Part shown: piece by piece, positions 51,770 through 64,000 of the stretch | Numbering within the stretch: the first letter of the stretch is position 1 | Layout: each line of letters opens with the position of its first letter | From: Corallococcus soli | GTDB taxonomy: Bacteria > Myxococcota > Myxococcia > Myxococcales > Myxococcaceae | Direction: 5' to 3' | DNA: 64,000 bases | Assembly (NCBI RefSeq): GCF_014930455.1 | Contig: NZ_JAAIYO010000008.1 | Span: 224,367 to 288,366, forward strand | Translations under genes and position numbers: made by a program | The notes under the pieces: model-generated | Told to the model about the DNA's origin: nothing | Database searches by the model: none | Seen by the model: only the letters and a program-made list of their open reading frames with translations

Positions 51770-54358
51770 GTGGAATTGAGATCGATGGACTCGACTGGGT
51801 ACTTTGGGCCGCAAAACCATGCGGCGAAGAAGGTTTTGGGTCGTCGGAGCGCACGGGTGTCGCTGTCCCTGCTGCTCTGCGCCTTCGCATGGCTGTCGCC
51901 GGGGCTTGGTCGGGCCCAGGATGAAGCGGAGTCCGCGCCAAAGACGCGGACGAAGCCCGCGCGCAAGCGCGTCACGCCCGCCACGCCCCGGACGCCGCGC
52001 GCCGCGAAGCCGCGCAAGGGGACGAAGCCCGCGCCCGTGACGCCGCCGGCCGCTCCGGACACGGGGCCGTTGGTGGACGACCCGCTCGTGACCAGCGATC
52101 CCGCGACCCCGGTGGCGGATCCTCCCGCCGCGACGGCGACGACCCCCGCGCTGCCGCCGCCGCTGCCGGTCGCCACCCCGGGCTCGCCCTACGACGGCCC
52201 CTCCACCAGCGGGCCGCTGTCCCTGGACGCGCCCACCACCCCGCCGCCCGCGGACGCCTCCGCGGGGAGCGTTCCGCTGCCGCCCGCGCAGCCGCTGAGC
52301 AACAACAACGTCCCCGACCGCGCCCCCTTCACGGAGCCCAGCCCGGATCGCGCCATGCCGCCGCCCTCGGGGCTCGCGGGCCTGGACGGGCCGGATCCGC
52401 TGGCCGTGGACGCGCTGGAGGAGTCCGTCAGCCGCGTGCTGAGCGAGGCGGTGGTGACGACGGCCTCCAAGCGCCGCCAGCGCATTGCGGACGTGCCCCT
52501 AACGGTGTCGTGGATCCCCGCGGAGGAGCTGGAAGGCACCGGCCAGTTCTCGCTCTGTGAAGCCATCCAGTACTTCCCCGGCATGGAGTGCCGCCGGGGC
52601 TCCATGCGCAAGGCGGCGGTGAGCGCGCGCGGCCTGGGCTCCAACTACCTGTCCAACCGCCTGCTGCTGCTGAAGGACGGCCGCCCGCTGACGGACCCCT
52701 GGACGGGCCAGTTCTACGCGGACGAAACGACGCCCATGACGAACCTCAAGCAGGTGGAGGTCATCCGCGGCCCCGGTTCGTCGCTCTACGGCTCCAACGC
52801 CTTCAGCGGCGTCATCAACATCATCGAACGGCAGCCCTCGGACCTCATCCCCAAGGGGCAGAACATGGGCGCGGACGCGCGCGTCCTCGCGGGCCAGGAC
52901 AAGACGTGGCGGCTGCAGAGCACCGTGGCCGGCCGGGGCGGGCCCGTGGAGGCGCTGCTGGGCTACTACGGCTTCGGTTCGGACGGCCCCCAGCTCTTCA
53001 ATGATCCGCGCGTGGGCCAGGTGGACGACAACGAGGACTCGCTGGTGCACCAGGTCAACGGCAAGGTGCGCGTGGGCCCGCTGGCGCTGGACGCGGACTT
53101 CACCGACGCGAACATCGGCCGTCCGGGTGGCCAGAACATCTCCACCGTGGGCAACTGCGGCCGCTGCCACTACACGGCGCAGGACAACGAGCACGTGCAG
53201 AACCTGAACACCTCCATCCAGGTGGATCAGCAGCTGAACGACAAGGTGCGCGTGTTCGCCCAGGGCTACGCCTTCTTCAAGCGCCGCGACGTGGCGCTGG
53301 AGAACCAGGTCACGGGCGCGCTGGAGTCCGCGCTGGGCAAGCGCCGCCGGCTGGGCGGCGAGGCCCGGGCGCACTTCTCGCTGGATCGCCTGTCGCTCAC
53401 CGTCGGTGGCGACGTGAAGGCCGATCAGGTGAACAACCAGAACATCCTCTCCGGCCTGGGCCTGGACGACACGAAGCAGACCATCCTGGGCGGCTTCGTG
53501 GACGCGGAGTACCGCATCACGGACCGGCTGGTGGTGGGCGCGGGCGCCCGCTACGACCGCTACCAGATCCCCGAGCGCGTGTGGACGGCGCGCAGCGATC
53601 AGGTCTCCCCGCGCGCCAGCGTCGTGTTCCACGCCATCCCGGAGCTGCTCACGCTGCGCACCAACTACGGCCGTGCCTTCCGTGCGCCCACCCTGGCGGA
53701 GCTGGCCATCAATCAGCAGATGTACGCCGCGACGCTGCTGGGCAACCCGGGCCTGCGGGCGGAGACGCTGGACACGGTGGAGGCCGCGGTGGACTTCTGG
53801 CCCATGGAGCGCAAGGTGCGCCTGACGGGCACGGCCTTCTTCAACCGCGCGAACAACTTCATCAACCAGGAGCTGCTCTTCGGCTCCACGTCGCAGTTCA
53901 AGAACCTGGGCGACGCGCGGGTGGCGGGCTTCGAGGCCGAGGCCGCGGCGCAGGTGCCGGCCCTCAACTCCTCCTTCGACGTGGCCTACCAGTTCCTGGA
54001 CGCCCGGGCCCTGCCCGCGGACGGCGGCCCGGACTACACCCTGGACTACGCGCCCAGCCACCGCATCTACGCGCGCGGCCGGACCAACATCGGCAAGGTC
54101 GCGTTCGTGGAGATCTACGGCCTGTTCGTGGGCCCGCGCTTCGACCCGGGCTTCGTCGTGGACGAGCTGACCGGCACCACCCAGCGCGTGCGGCTGCCCA
54201 GCTACATCACGGCCTCGGCGCGCGTGGGCTTCCAGGTGCACGAGCGCGTGGCGGTCTCGTTGCTGGGCACCAACCTCTTCAACGCCAGCTATGAGGAGTC
54301 GCACGGCTTCCCGGCGCCTCCCCAGGGCCTCTTCACCGAAATCCGGCTGCGTTACTAG
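51770..54358 (+). CDS. TonB-dependent outer-membrane receptor with a Pro/Ala-rich N-terminal extension
   Basis: A signal peptide, then a 150-aa Pro/Ala/Thr-rich segment, then a plug domain (...IRGPGSSLYGSNAFSGVINII), then a beta-barrel ending with the terminal aromatic ...EIRLRY. Confidence 0.85.
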   Translation: MELRSMDSTGYFGPQNHAAKKVLGRRSARVSLSLLLCAFAWLSPGLGRAQDEAESAPKTRTKPARKRVTPATPRTPRAAKPRKGTKPAPVTPPAAPDTGPLVDDPLVTSDPATPVADPPAATATTPALPPPLPVATPGSPYDGPSTSGPLSLDAPTTPPPADASAGSVPLPPAQPLSNNNVPDRAPFTEPSPDRAMPPPSGLAGLDGPDPLAVDALEESVSRVLSEAVVTTASKRRQRIADVPLTVSWIPAEELEGTGQFSLCEAIQYFPGMECRRGSMRKAAVSARGLGSNYLSNRLLLLKDGRPLTDPWTGQFYADETTPMTNLKQVEVIRGPGSSLYGSNAFSGVINIIERQPSDLIPKGQNMGADARVLAGQDKTWRLQSTVAGRGGPVEALLGYYGFGSDGPQLFNDPRVGQVDDNEDSLVHQVNGKVRVGPLALDADFTDANIGRPGGQNISTVGNCGRCHYTAQDNEHVQNLNTSIQVDQQLNDKVRVFAQGYAFFKRRDVALENQVTGALESALGKRRRLGGEARAHFSLDRLSLTVGGDVKADQVNNQNILSGLGLDDTKQTILGGFVDAEYRITDRLVVGAGARYDRYQIPERVWTARSDQVSPRASVVFHAIPELLTLRTNYGRAFRAPTLAELAINQQMYAATLLGNPGLRAETLDTVEAAVDFWPMERKVRLTGTAFFNRANNFINQELLFGSTSQFKNLGDARVAGFEAEAAAQVPALNSSFDVAYQFLDARALPADGGPDYTLDYAPSHRIYARGRTNIGKVAFVEIYGLFVGPRFDPGFVVDELTGTTQRVRLPSYITASARVGFQVHERVAVSLLGTNLFNASYEESHGFPAPPQGLFTEIRLRY

Positions 54359-54366
54359 TAGGCCCC

Positions 54367-55212
54367 TTGGAAACCGCGACGCCTTCGAAGACCCCCCTGT
54401 TGGAGCTGACTCCGGACGAGTCGCTGACGCCGGCCGCGCTGGAGCGGGCGGCGGGGGCGCTCGCCCGGGATGGGCTCCTGCTGCGGCATGGGGTGGCCCA
54501 CATGCCGCGCCTGGTGCTGTTCGACGGTCGGCTGGGCGCCGCGCTGGTGCCCCTGCTGGAGCGTGAGCCGGCCGCGCTGCTGCTGGCGACCCGGGAGCCG
54601 GACGGGGAGCCTTCCGCCTGGGAGGTGGCGCTGCTGTCCTCGCTGCTCCGGGGCTCGAGCCTGCTGCCCCTCCAGGTCCGGACCGGGCGCGCGCGGCTGA
54701 CGAAGGTGGCGGAGGTGGGGCCGGCGTGCGAGGCGGCCTCGGAGGCGGTGCTGGAGGCGGGCGGTTCGCGGGTGGCGGCGGGGCTCGTGGCGGACGTGGC
54801 GCATGAACTCGCGGCGAACGCGCTCCTGGACGCGCCGGTGGACGAGGCCGGGGTGCCCCGGTACGCGCACCGGCGGGACCAGGTGCGGGAAGTGGCGCCC
54901 GAGGATGCGTGTCTGCTGGAGTGGGGCGTGGGGGAGGGGAGGGCCTGGGTGCAGGGCGTGGATCGCTTCGGACGGCTGAAGGCGTCGCCGTTGATCCGGG
55001 TACTGCGTTCGTGGGGTGGCAAGGCCCAGGTGGATGCTTCCGGGGGAGGGGCGGGGCTGGGGCTCCGCCGCATCCTGGAGCACAGCGATGCGGTGGCGGT
55101 GCGGGTGGTCCCGGGACGCGCGACGGAGTTCGCGTGCGCCGTGGACCTGGGGGAGGCGCGTCGCAGGGCCGCGCATCCCAAGTCCCTGCTGTTCTGTCTG
55201 GAGCGAGGGTAA
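54367..55212 (+). CDS. RsbW/SpoIIAB-like GHKL (anti-sigma-type serine kinase) domain protein
   Basis: The C-terminal half carries an N-box (HELAANALLDA), a G1-like box (GVDRFGRL) and a G2 box (GGGAGLGLRRI). The N-terminal 130 aa are unassigned. Confidence 0.5.
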   Translation: METATPSKTPLLELTPDESLTPAALERAAGALARDGLLLRHGVAHMPRLVLFDGRLGAALVPLLEREPAALLLATREPDGEPSAWEVALLSSLLRGSSLLPLQVRTGRARLTKVAEVGPACEAASEAVLEAGGSRVAAGLVADVAHELAANALLDAPVDEAGVPRYAHRRDQVREVAPEDACLLEWGVGEGRAWVQGVDRFGRLKASPLIRVLRSWGGKAQVDASGGGAGLGLRRILEHSDAVAVRVVPGRATEFACAVDLGEARRRAAHPKSLLFCLERG

Positions 55213-55217
55213 GGCGG

Positions 55218-58484
<3,267 letters not shown>

Positions 58485-58499
58485 GCCGTGCTCCTCACT

Positions 58500-58529
58500 C
58501 CATCCGGCGTCCGCCGGATGGATTTTGAG
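58500..58529 (+). terminator. Rho-independent-type terminator: CCATCCGGCG-tc-CGCCGGATGG followed by ATTTTGAG
   Basis: A perfect 10-bp inverted repeat lies immediately after the kinase stop (58484) and is followed by a T-run. It is the clearest intrinsic-terminator-like structure in the window. Confidence 0.55.
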
Positions 58530-58652
58530 AAGATGTGATTATGCGCTCGTTGAAGGATTTTACGAGGGCGGGTAACCTCCGTGTTCTGCGCTGACCCACC
58601 CCCCGGGTCACGCAAACAGGCGAATTCGCGGAGGGAAACCACGGTGACGAGC

Positions 58653-59633
58653 ATGGTCTCGAACGGCGGCACGACTCGGGCGGACGCAGCGCTGGAGTCC
58701 AAGAAACAGCAACTTCTCACGGCGTATATGTCCTTCGCGCCGAATCCCAAGAATGTGGAAACCGTGGTGGCGCTCAAGGAAGGCGCACCCGGCGCGCCGC
58801 GCCTCTTCTTCTGCCCGGCCACGGACGGAACGATTTCCTACCTGCGCAATTACATCCCGTACCTGCCGGAGGACTGGTGGTTCTACGGGTGCCAGACGCC
58901 GGGGCTCGAAGGGGAGCGCACGCCGTTCCGCACCATCGAGGAGATCGCGGCGTACGACGTGGAGAAGATCCTCGCCATCCAGCCGGAGGGCCCGTACCAC
59001 ATCGGTGGCTTCTGCAACGGCGGGCTCGTGGCCTATGAGATCTGCAAGAAGCTGAAGGAGAAGGGCCACGAAATCGCGCTGTGCCTGGACCTGCTGCCGC
59101 TGTTCCCCCGGCAGTGGACGGACCTGGCGCACCTGGAGTCGCCGCGCAAGCGCGTGGTGCAGGACTTCCTCTTCGTGTTCGAGGAGTTCCTGGGCAACTC
59201 CATGACGGACTTCCCCGTGGAGTCGGTGCTGTCGCAGAAGGACGACGTGCAGATCGACACGTTCCTGCGCCTGCTCCGCGAGCACGGCTACCTGCGAAAC
59301 GATCAGGAGGAGCAGCTCTTCCGGCACCGCGTGAACGTCTACAACGCGGGCCTGGAGGCGATGCTCGCGTACAAGCCGACGAACTTCCAGGGCGTCATCG
59401 ACGTCATCGCCGCGGGTGAGGAGGAGCGCTACAAGAACGAGATCCAGACGGACTCGCCCTATGCGACGCACCTGTGCGTGGTGCAGTCGAACCAGAAGCG
59501 CGTGCACTACGTGGACGTGCCGGGCAAGACGTTCGTGAACGGGCAGCAGCCCGGGCTGGACAAGATTGGCGAAGTCATCCGTACCATCACCACCCGCGTG
59601 GCGTTGAAGCAGCCGGTGGAGACGTGTCGGTGA
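58653..59633 (+). CDS. Thioesterase-like alpha/beta hydrolase with a Cys nucleophile (GFCNG), associated with the PKS cluster
   Basis: The type-II-TE-like layout places the nucleophile elbow as HIGGFCNGGLVAYE, where the canonical motif is GxSxG. A downstream Asp/His are present. Its stop overlaps the start of the PKS gene. Confidence 0.7.
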   Translation: MVSNGGTTRADAALESKKQQLLTAYMSFAPNPKNVETVVALKEGAPGAPRLFFCPATDGTISYLRNYIPYLPEDWWFYGCQTPGLEGERTPFRTIEEIAAYDVEKILAIQPEGPYHIGGFCNGGLVAYEICKKLKEKGHEIALCLDLLPLFPRQWTDLAHLESPRKRVVQDFLFVFEEFLGNSMTDFPVESVLSQKDDVQIDTFLRLLREHGYLRNDQEEQLFRHRVNVYNAGLEAMLAYKPTNFQGVIDVIAAGEEERYKNEIQTDSPYATHLCVVQSNQKRVHYVDVPGKTFVNGQQPGLDKIGEVIRTITTRVALKQPVETCR

Positions 59634-62600
59634 AGTCGCACCATGCGGCCGACGATGCCATCGCCATCGTCGGCCTCGCATGTCGCTTCCCCGGCGCGAG
59701 GAATGCCGCCGCCTTCTGGGAGAATCTCCGGGAAGGCGTGACGAGCATCTCCTCGACGCCGGAGGAGCGGTGGTACTGGGGCAGCGATCCCCGCGCCGAC
59801 GACGTGTCCCCGCGCCGAGCCGGCTACCTGTCGGACGTGGACCGCTTCGACGCGCGCTTCTTCGGTCTCTCCCGGCGTGAAGCCGAGTGGATGGATCCGC
59901 AGCAGCGCATCATGCTGGAGCTGGCGTACGCGTGCCTGGAGGACTCGGGCCATGCGCCGACGTCGCTGTCGGGCGCGGCCGTGGGCGTCTACGTGGGCGT
60001 GTCGAACGCGGACTACCGGGAGCTGTACCACCTGGGCAGCCGGCTCGCGGAGCCGCACACGTCGCTGGGGCTCGCGACGTCGCTGATGGCCAACCGCATC
60101 TCCCACCACTTCAACTGGAAGGGCCCCAGCGTCCCGGTGGACACGGCGTGCTCCAGCTCGCTCGTGGCGCTCCACCAGGCGGTGAGGGATCTGCGCGCGG
60201 GCGACTGCGACCACGCGCTCGTGGGGGGCGTGAACCTCTGTCTGACGCCCTTCGTCTTCAACTGCTTCACGCGCGCGGGGATGCTCTCGCCGGACGGGCT
60301 GTGCAAGACCTTCGACGCGCGGGCGGATGGCTACGTCCGGGGCGAAGGGGCGGGGTTCGTGCTGCTGCGTCCGCTGTCGCGGGCGCTGGCGGACGGCGAC
60401 GCCATCTACGGCGTCGTCCGTGGCACCGCCGTCAACCACGGTGGCGCCGCCGTCACGCTGACGTCGCCCAACGCCTTCTCGCAGTCGGCCGTCATCGAGA
60501 AGGCCTTCCGCGACGCGGACGTGCGTCCGGATCAGGTGTCCTACGTGGAGGCCCATGGGACCGGGACGCCGCTGGGAGACCCCATTGAGATCACCGCCCT
60601 CAAGCGCGCGTTCTCGCACATGGCCCGCGACGCGGGCGTCTCGCTGGGCGAGCGCACCATCGCGCTCGGTTCGGTGAAGACGCAGGTGGGCCACCTGGAG
60701 TCGGCGGCGGGCATCGCCGGGCTCGCGAAGGTCCTCCTGGCGCTCCAGCATGAGGAGCTGCCGGGGCTCGGGCAGTTCCAGACCCTCAACCCGAGGATCC
60801 GCCTGGAGCGCTCGCCGTTCCACCTGCCCACCCGTTCCACGCCCTGGCCCCGTGGCGAGCGCGTGGCGGGCCTCAGCTCCTTCGGCTTCGGAGGCGTCAA
60901 CGCGCACGCGGTCATCGCGGAGGCCCCCGCCCGGGTCGCCCGCGCCGTGCCCACCTCACCGAGCGCGGCGCGACACGTCTTCGTCCTGTCCGCCCCGACC
61001 GGGGACCGCCTGAAGGCCCGCGCCGCCGACCTGCTCGCCTTCCTGGAGCGGGAGTCCACCGGGGCGCAGGCCCTGGCGGAGGACGCGTTCGCCTCGCTGC
61101 TCTACACGCTGCAGGTCGGCCGCGACGCGATGTCGGAGCGGCTGGCCGCGGTCGTGGGCTCGGCCCCGGAGCTGGTGTCGCTCCTGCGCGCCTTCGTCAC
61201 CGACGGCGACGCGCCCTCCGTGATGCGGGGCCGGGTGGAGCGGGCGGTGAAGGGCTCCGGCCGCGACGCGGACTCCTGGGACGCCCGGACGCTCTGCGCC
61301 CGGTGGACGGAAGGCGCGGCCGTGGACTGGGCCCGCCTGCATGGCGAAGCCGCGCCCTGGCGCATGCGGCTGCCCACGTATCCCTTCGACGACCAGCGCT
61401 ACTGGCAGACGGAGAAGCCGGCGCACCTGGCGTGGGGCAATCCCACGGTGTCCGTGCCGGACCGGAGCGCCACCATCCAGGCGCTGCTGGCGCGGCACCT
61501 GGACGACGAGCAGGCCCGACGCGACGCCTGTGTCTTCGGCGTGCACCGGGCGCTCCACGCGCTGGGGTTGGGCACGGCCCAGCGCCGGGCGGGGCTGCGG
61601 GAGCGGCTGGGCGTGGCGGCGAACCACGAGCGGCTGCTGGGCGAGATGCTGCGCATCGCCGCCTCCGCGGGCCTCCTGCTGGAGGAGGACGGGGACCTGC
61701 TCCGGCTCACCGGGGACGTGCCGCCGCCTCCGCCGAGGAGCGAGGCGCCGACGGCGCGGCTGCTGTGGACGTGCCTGGACAACCTGGTGCCGGTGCTGCG
61801 CGGAGAGACGCGCGCCACGGAGGTCGTCTTCCCCAACGGCTCCATGGAGCTGGTGGAGGCGGTCTACGCGGGCAACGACATCGCGGACTTCTTCAACGTC
61901 CGCGCCGCGGACGCGGTGGAGGCCGCGGTCGTCTCCCGACTCGCCCACCTCCCACCGGGGGAGTCGCTGCGCCTGCTCGAAGTCGGCGCGGGCACCGGCG
62001 GCACGTCCCAGTTCCTCTTCGAGCGCCTGCGGCCCTACGCGGATCGGCTCGTGTACACGTACACGGACCGCTCGCGCAGCTTCCTCATGCACGCGGAGCG
62101 CTTCCGGGAGCAGGCGCCGTCCCTGACGCTGGCGGTGCTCGACATCGAAAAGCCCTTCGACTCCGGCTCCACCGTCGAGCCGGGCCCGTACGACATCGTC
62201 GTCGCCTCCAACGTGCTGCACGCCACGCGCGACATCCAGCGCACCGTGGAGAACGTGGGGGCCTTCCTCGCGCCGGGAGGCGTGCTGGTCCTCAACGAGC
62301 TGGCCTCCGTCACGGAGTTCACGACGCTGACGTTCGGCCTGCTGGAGGGCTGGTGGCTCTTCGAGGACGCCGAGCTGCGCATGCCGGGCTCTCCGGCGCT
62401 GTCGTTCGCGCAGTGGTCGCACGTGCTCGGACGCAAGCGCTTCGTGGAGATCCGCTCGGTGGCGGGGGTGGGCACGGAGCACCTGGGCCAGCAGCTGGTG
62501 ACGGCGGTGTGGTCGGGAACGTCCTCGGCGGCGACCCGGGCCCCCACCGCGCGCAACGTCCTCCGGCAGGGGGGGCTGGAGGCCGCGCTCGAGCGGCGTC

Positions 62601-62893
62601 CGGATGAAACGCCCGAACAGAGCCTCATCGCCACGCTGGCGGTGCTGCTGAAGGTCGCGGCCGAGGAGATCGTCCTGGACGCGCGGCTCAACGACCTGGG
62701 CGTGGACTCGCTCGTGGCCATGGACCTGCGCAGCCAGCTGGGCAGCCGCCTGGGGTGCACCATCCCCATGAGCCTCTACCTGGACGACCTCACGGTCGGG
62801 GAAGCAGCGCAGCGACTCGCACAACTCCAGGGCACGTCCGCGGGGCAACCCCCTGCGGCGGCGTCCGATGACAACGAAGAAGGCCATGTCTGA
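59624..62893 (+). CDS. trans-AT polyketide synthase module: KS, linker with no AT, C-methyltransferase, ACP
   Basis: The KS domain has the DTACSSSLVA active-site Cys plus EAHGTGT and KTQVGHLESAAG histidines. It is followed by a KS-AT-linker-like region and no AT motif (no GHSxG). The cMT domain has LLEVGAGTGGTS and the ACP has LGVDSLVAMD. A GTG start at 59624/59630 overlaps the thioesterase stop. Confidence 0.9.
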   Translation: MSVKSHHAADDAIAIVGLACRFPGARNAAAFWENLREGVTSISSTPEERWYWGSDPRADDVSPRRAGYLSDVDRFDARFFGLSRREAEWMDPQQRIMLELAYACLEDSGHAPTSLSGAAVGVYVGVSNADYRELYHLGSRLAEPHTSLGLATSLMANRISHHFNWKGPSVPVDTACSSSLVALHQAVRDLRAGDCDHALVGGVNLCLTPFVFNCFTRAGMLSPDGLCKTFDARADGYVRGEGAGFVLLRPLSRALADGDAIYGVVRGTAVNHGGAAVTLTSPNAFSQSAVIEKAFRDADVRPDQVSYVEAHGTGTPLGDPIEITALKRAFSHMARDAGVSLGERTIALGSVKTQVGHLESAAGIAGLAKVLLALQHEELPGLGQFQTLNPRIRLERSPFHLPTRSTPWPRGERVAGLSSFGFGGVNAHAVIAEAPARVARAVPTSPSAARHVFVLSAPTGDRLKARAADLLAFLERESTGAQALAEDAFASLLYTLQVGRDAMSERLAAVVGSAPELVSLLRAFVTDGDAPSVMRGRVERAVKGSGRDADSWDARTLCARWTEGAAVDWARLHGEAAPWRMRLPTYPFDDQRYWQTEKPAHLAWGNPTVSVPDRSATIQALLARHLDDEQARRDACVFGVHRALHALGLGTAQRRAGLRERLGVAANHERLLGEMLRIAASAGLLLEEDGDLLRLTGDVPPPPPRSEAPTARLLWTCLDNLVPVLRGETRATEVVFPNGSMELVEAVYAGNDIADFFNVRAADAVEAAVVSRLAHLPPGESLRLLEVGAGTGGTSQFLFERLRPYADRLVYTYTDRSRSFLMHAERFREQAPSLTLAVLDIEKPFDSGSTVEPGPYDIVVASNVLHATRDIQRTVENVGAFLAPGGVLVLNELASVTEFTTLTFGLLEGWWLFEDAELRMPGSPALSFAQWSHVLGRKRFVEIRSVAGVGTEHLGQQLVTAVWSGTSSAATRAPTARNVLRQGGLEAALERRPDETPEQSLIATLAVLLKVAAEEIVLDARLNDLGVDSLVAMDLRSQLGSRLGCTIPMSLYLDDLTVGEAAQRLAQLQGTSAGQPPAAASDDNEEGHV

Positions 62894-64000
62894 CTTCGAG
62901 AGCGGACTCGGGCAGCTCATCAGCCGGGGCGTTGAACTCTGGGCCGAGGCGGATCGCCTCCACTTCAAGAAGGTGGGGGGCAAGCTGGCTCCGGAGGACA
63001 AGGCGTTCCTCCAGGAGCAGAAGCCCCGCATCCTGGAGTTCCTCCGGGGCCGGAGGCTGACGTGGCTGAGCGGCATCCAGCAGCGCATCTGGTTCATCTC
63101 CCGGTATGCGCCGGAGTCCAACGCGTACACCATCCCGTTCCTGTTCCGCGTGGATGGGCCGGTGGACGTGGAGCGGCTGCGCGCCTGCCTGGAGCAGCTC
63201 ACCGAGCGGCACCTGTCGCTGCGCGCCGTCTTCCCGAGCGTCGCGGGCGTCCCCGTCCAGCTCTTCGAGCAGCACGTCCCCATGGCGCTGCCCGTCATCG
63301 ACCTGCCGGACGACCCCGCACTGCATGACGAGGTGATCCACGCCACGCTGGTGCGGCCGTTCGACATGTCGAAGGCGCCGCTGTTCAAGGCCTTCCTGTT
63401 CCGCGCCCCCGACGGCCGCCATCAGCTGGGCCTCACCATGCACCACCTGGTGTCGGACGGCTGGTCCCTGCGGTTGATGGTGGACGAGCTGACAGCGCTC
63501 TACACGGACGCGAACGCCCTGGCGCCGCTGCGCGAGGAGCAGTCCATCATCCACTTCCTGCGCGCGGAGCGGACGCAGGACCCCACCCTGGCGACCCAGA
63601 ACCTGGGCTACTGGCGCAAGCAGCTCGCCGCGCCTCCCGTCATCGAGCTGCCGTGTGACTTCGAGCGCCCGCGGCAGCTCACTTACGACGGCGCCCAGGT
63701 GCCCTCCGCCTTCTCCGCGAACACCTCCCGGCGGCTGCACCGCTTCGCCCGGGAGCAGCGCACCACGCTGTTCTCCGTGCTGCTCGCCGCGTTCGGCACC
63801 CTGCTGCACCAGCACACGAAGCAGCGCGACCTGCTCATCGGCACGCCGTACGCCAACCGCGAGGACGCGGCCTTCCAGGGCATCGTCGGGTGCCTCATGT
63901 CCACGCTGGTGCTGCGGCTGGACACCGACCCGGGCATCTCCTTCCGCCAGCTGCTGGCGCAGTCGGGGACCGTGCTGAAGGACGCGCTGCGCCACTCGGC
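62886..64000 (+). CDS. NRPS (start: docking region plus condensation domain), partial; it runs off the window
   Basis: Translated by hand from ATG 62886, which overlaps the PKS stop at 62891-62893: MSDFESGLGQLISRGVELWAEADRLHFKK...LSGIQQRIWFISRY... then the MHHLVSDGWS (HHxxxDG) condensation motif. It is absent from the ORF track because it has no in-window stop. Confidence 0.8.
   Translation, partial: MSDFESGLGQLISRGVELWAEADRLHFKKVGGKLAPEDKAFLQEQKPRILEFLRGRRLTWLSGIQQRIWFISRYAPESNAYTIPFLFRVDGPVDVERLRACLEQLTERHLSLRAVFPSVAGVPVQLFEQHVPMALPVIDLPDDPALHDEVIHATLVRPFDMSKAPLFKAFLFRAPDGRHQLGLTMHHLVSDGWSLRLMVDELTALYTDANALAPLREEQSIIHFLRAERTQDPTLATQNLGYWRKQLAAPPVIELPCDFERPRQLTYDGAQVPSAFSANTSRRLHRFAREQRTTLFSVLLAAFGTLLHQHTKQRDLLIGTPYANREDAAFQGIVGCLMSTLVLRLDTDPGISFRQLLAQSGTVLKDALRHS

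Overview
This is a high-GC (about 70%) myxobacterial-type chromosomal window (Myxococcus/Corallococcus-like). It is densely coding on both strands. The overall character comes from lipoprotein signals, a MYXO-CTERM sorting tail, many Hanks-type kinases and the PKS/NRPS content. All calls were made by reading the six-frame translations and the DNA by eye; no database searches were run.

Housekeeping genes that are clear from the sequence are ppc, map, mltG, the branched-chain keto-acid dehydrogenase E1 alpha and beta subunits, and a Pat-like acyl-CoA synthetase fused to a GNAT acetyltransferase.

The accessory content, in rough order of interest:
- A small lipoprotein toxin with a PD-(D/E)xK-like C-terminus and a start/stop-overlapping immunity gene (22457-23922). 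It sits just downstream of a chimeric, internally deleted duplicate of the promoter and 5' end of the neighbouring DEAD/DEAH helicase gene.
- A sharply AT-rich, about 2 kb foreign island (27118-29060) carrying a lone AAA+ ATPase. It lies between a truncated LysR remnant and map.
- A 982-aa protein that fuses an N-terminal catalase-related heme domain to a LodA/GoxA-like quinoprotein amino-acid-oxidase domain. A LodB-like flavoprotein gene follows immediately.
- A second lipoprotein plus putative-immunity pair with overlapping reading frames (10484-12212).
- The 5' edge of a trans-AT PKS/NRPS biosynthetic cluster (58.6 kb to the window end). It begins with a thioesterase-like protein whose nucleophile is Cys rather than Ser, followed by a KS-cMT-ACP module and the start of an NRPS condensation domain.
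- A two-gene partner-switching module: an RsbW-like GHKL protein followed by a STAS, zinc-ribbon, Ser/Thr-kinase, transmembrane and extracytoplasmic fusion.

No rRNA, tRNA or CRISPR array was recognised.
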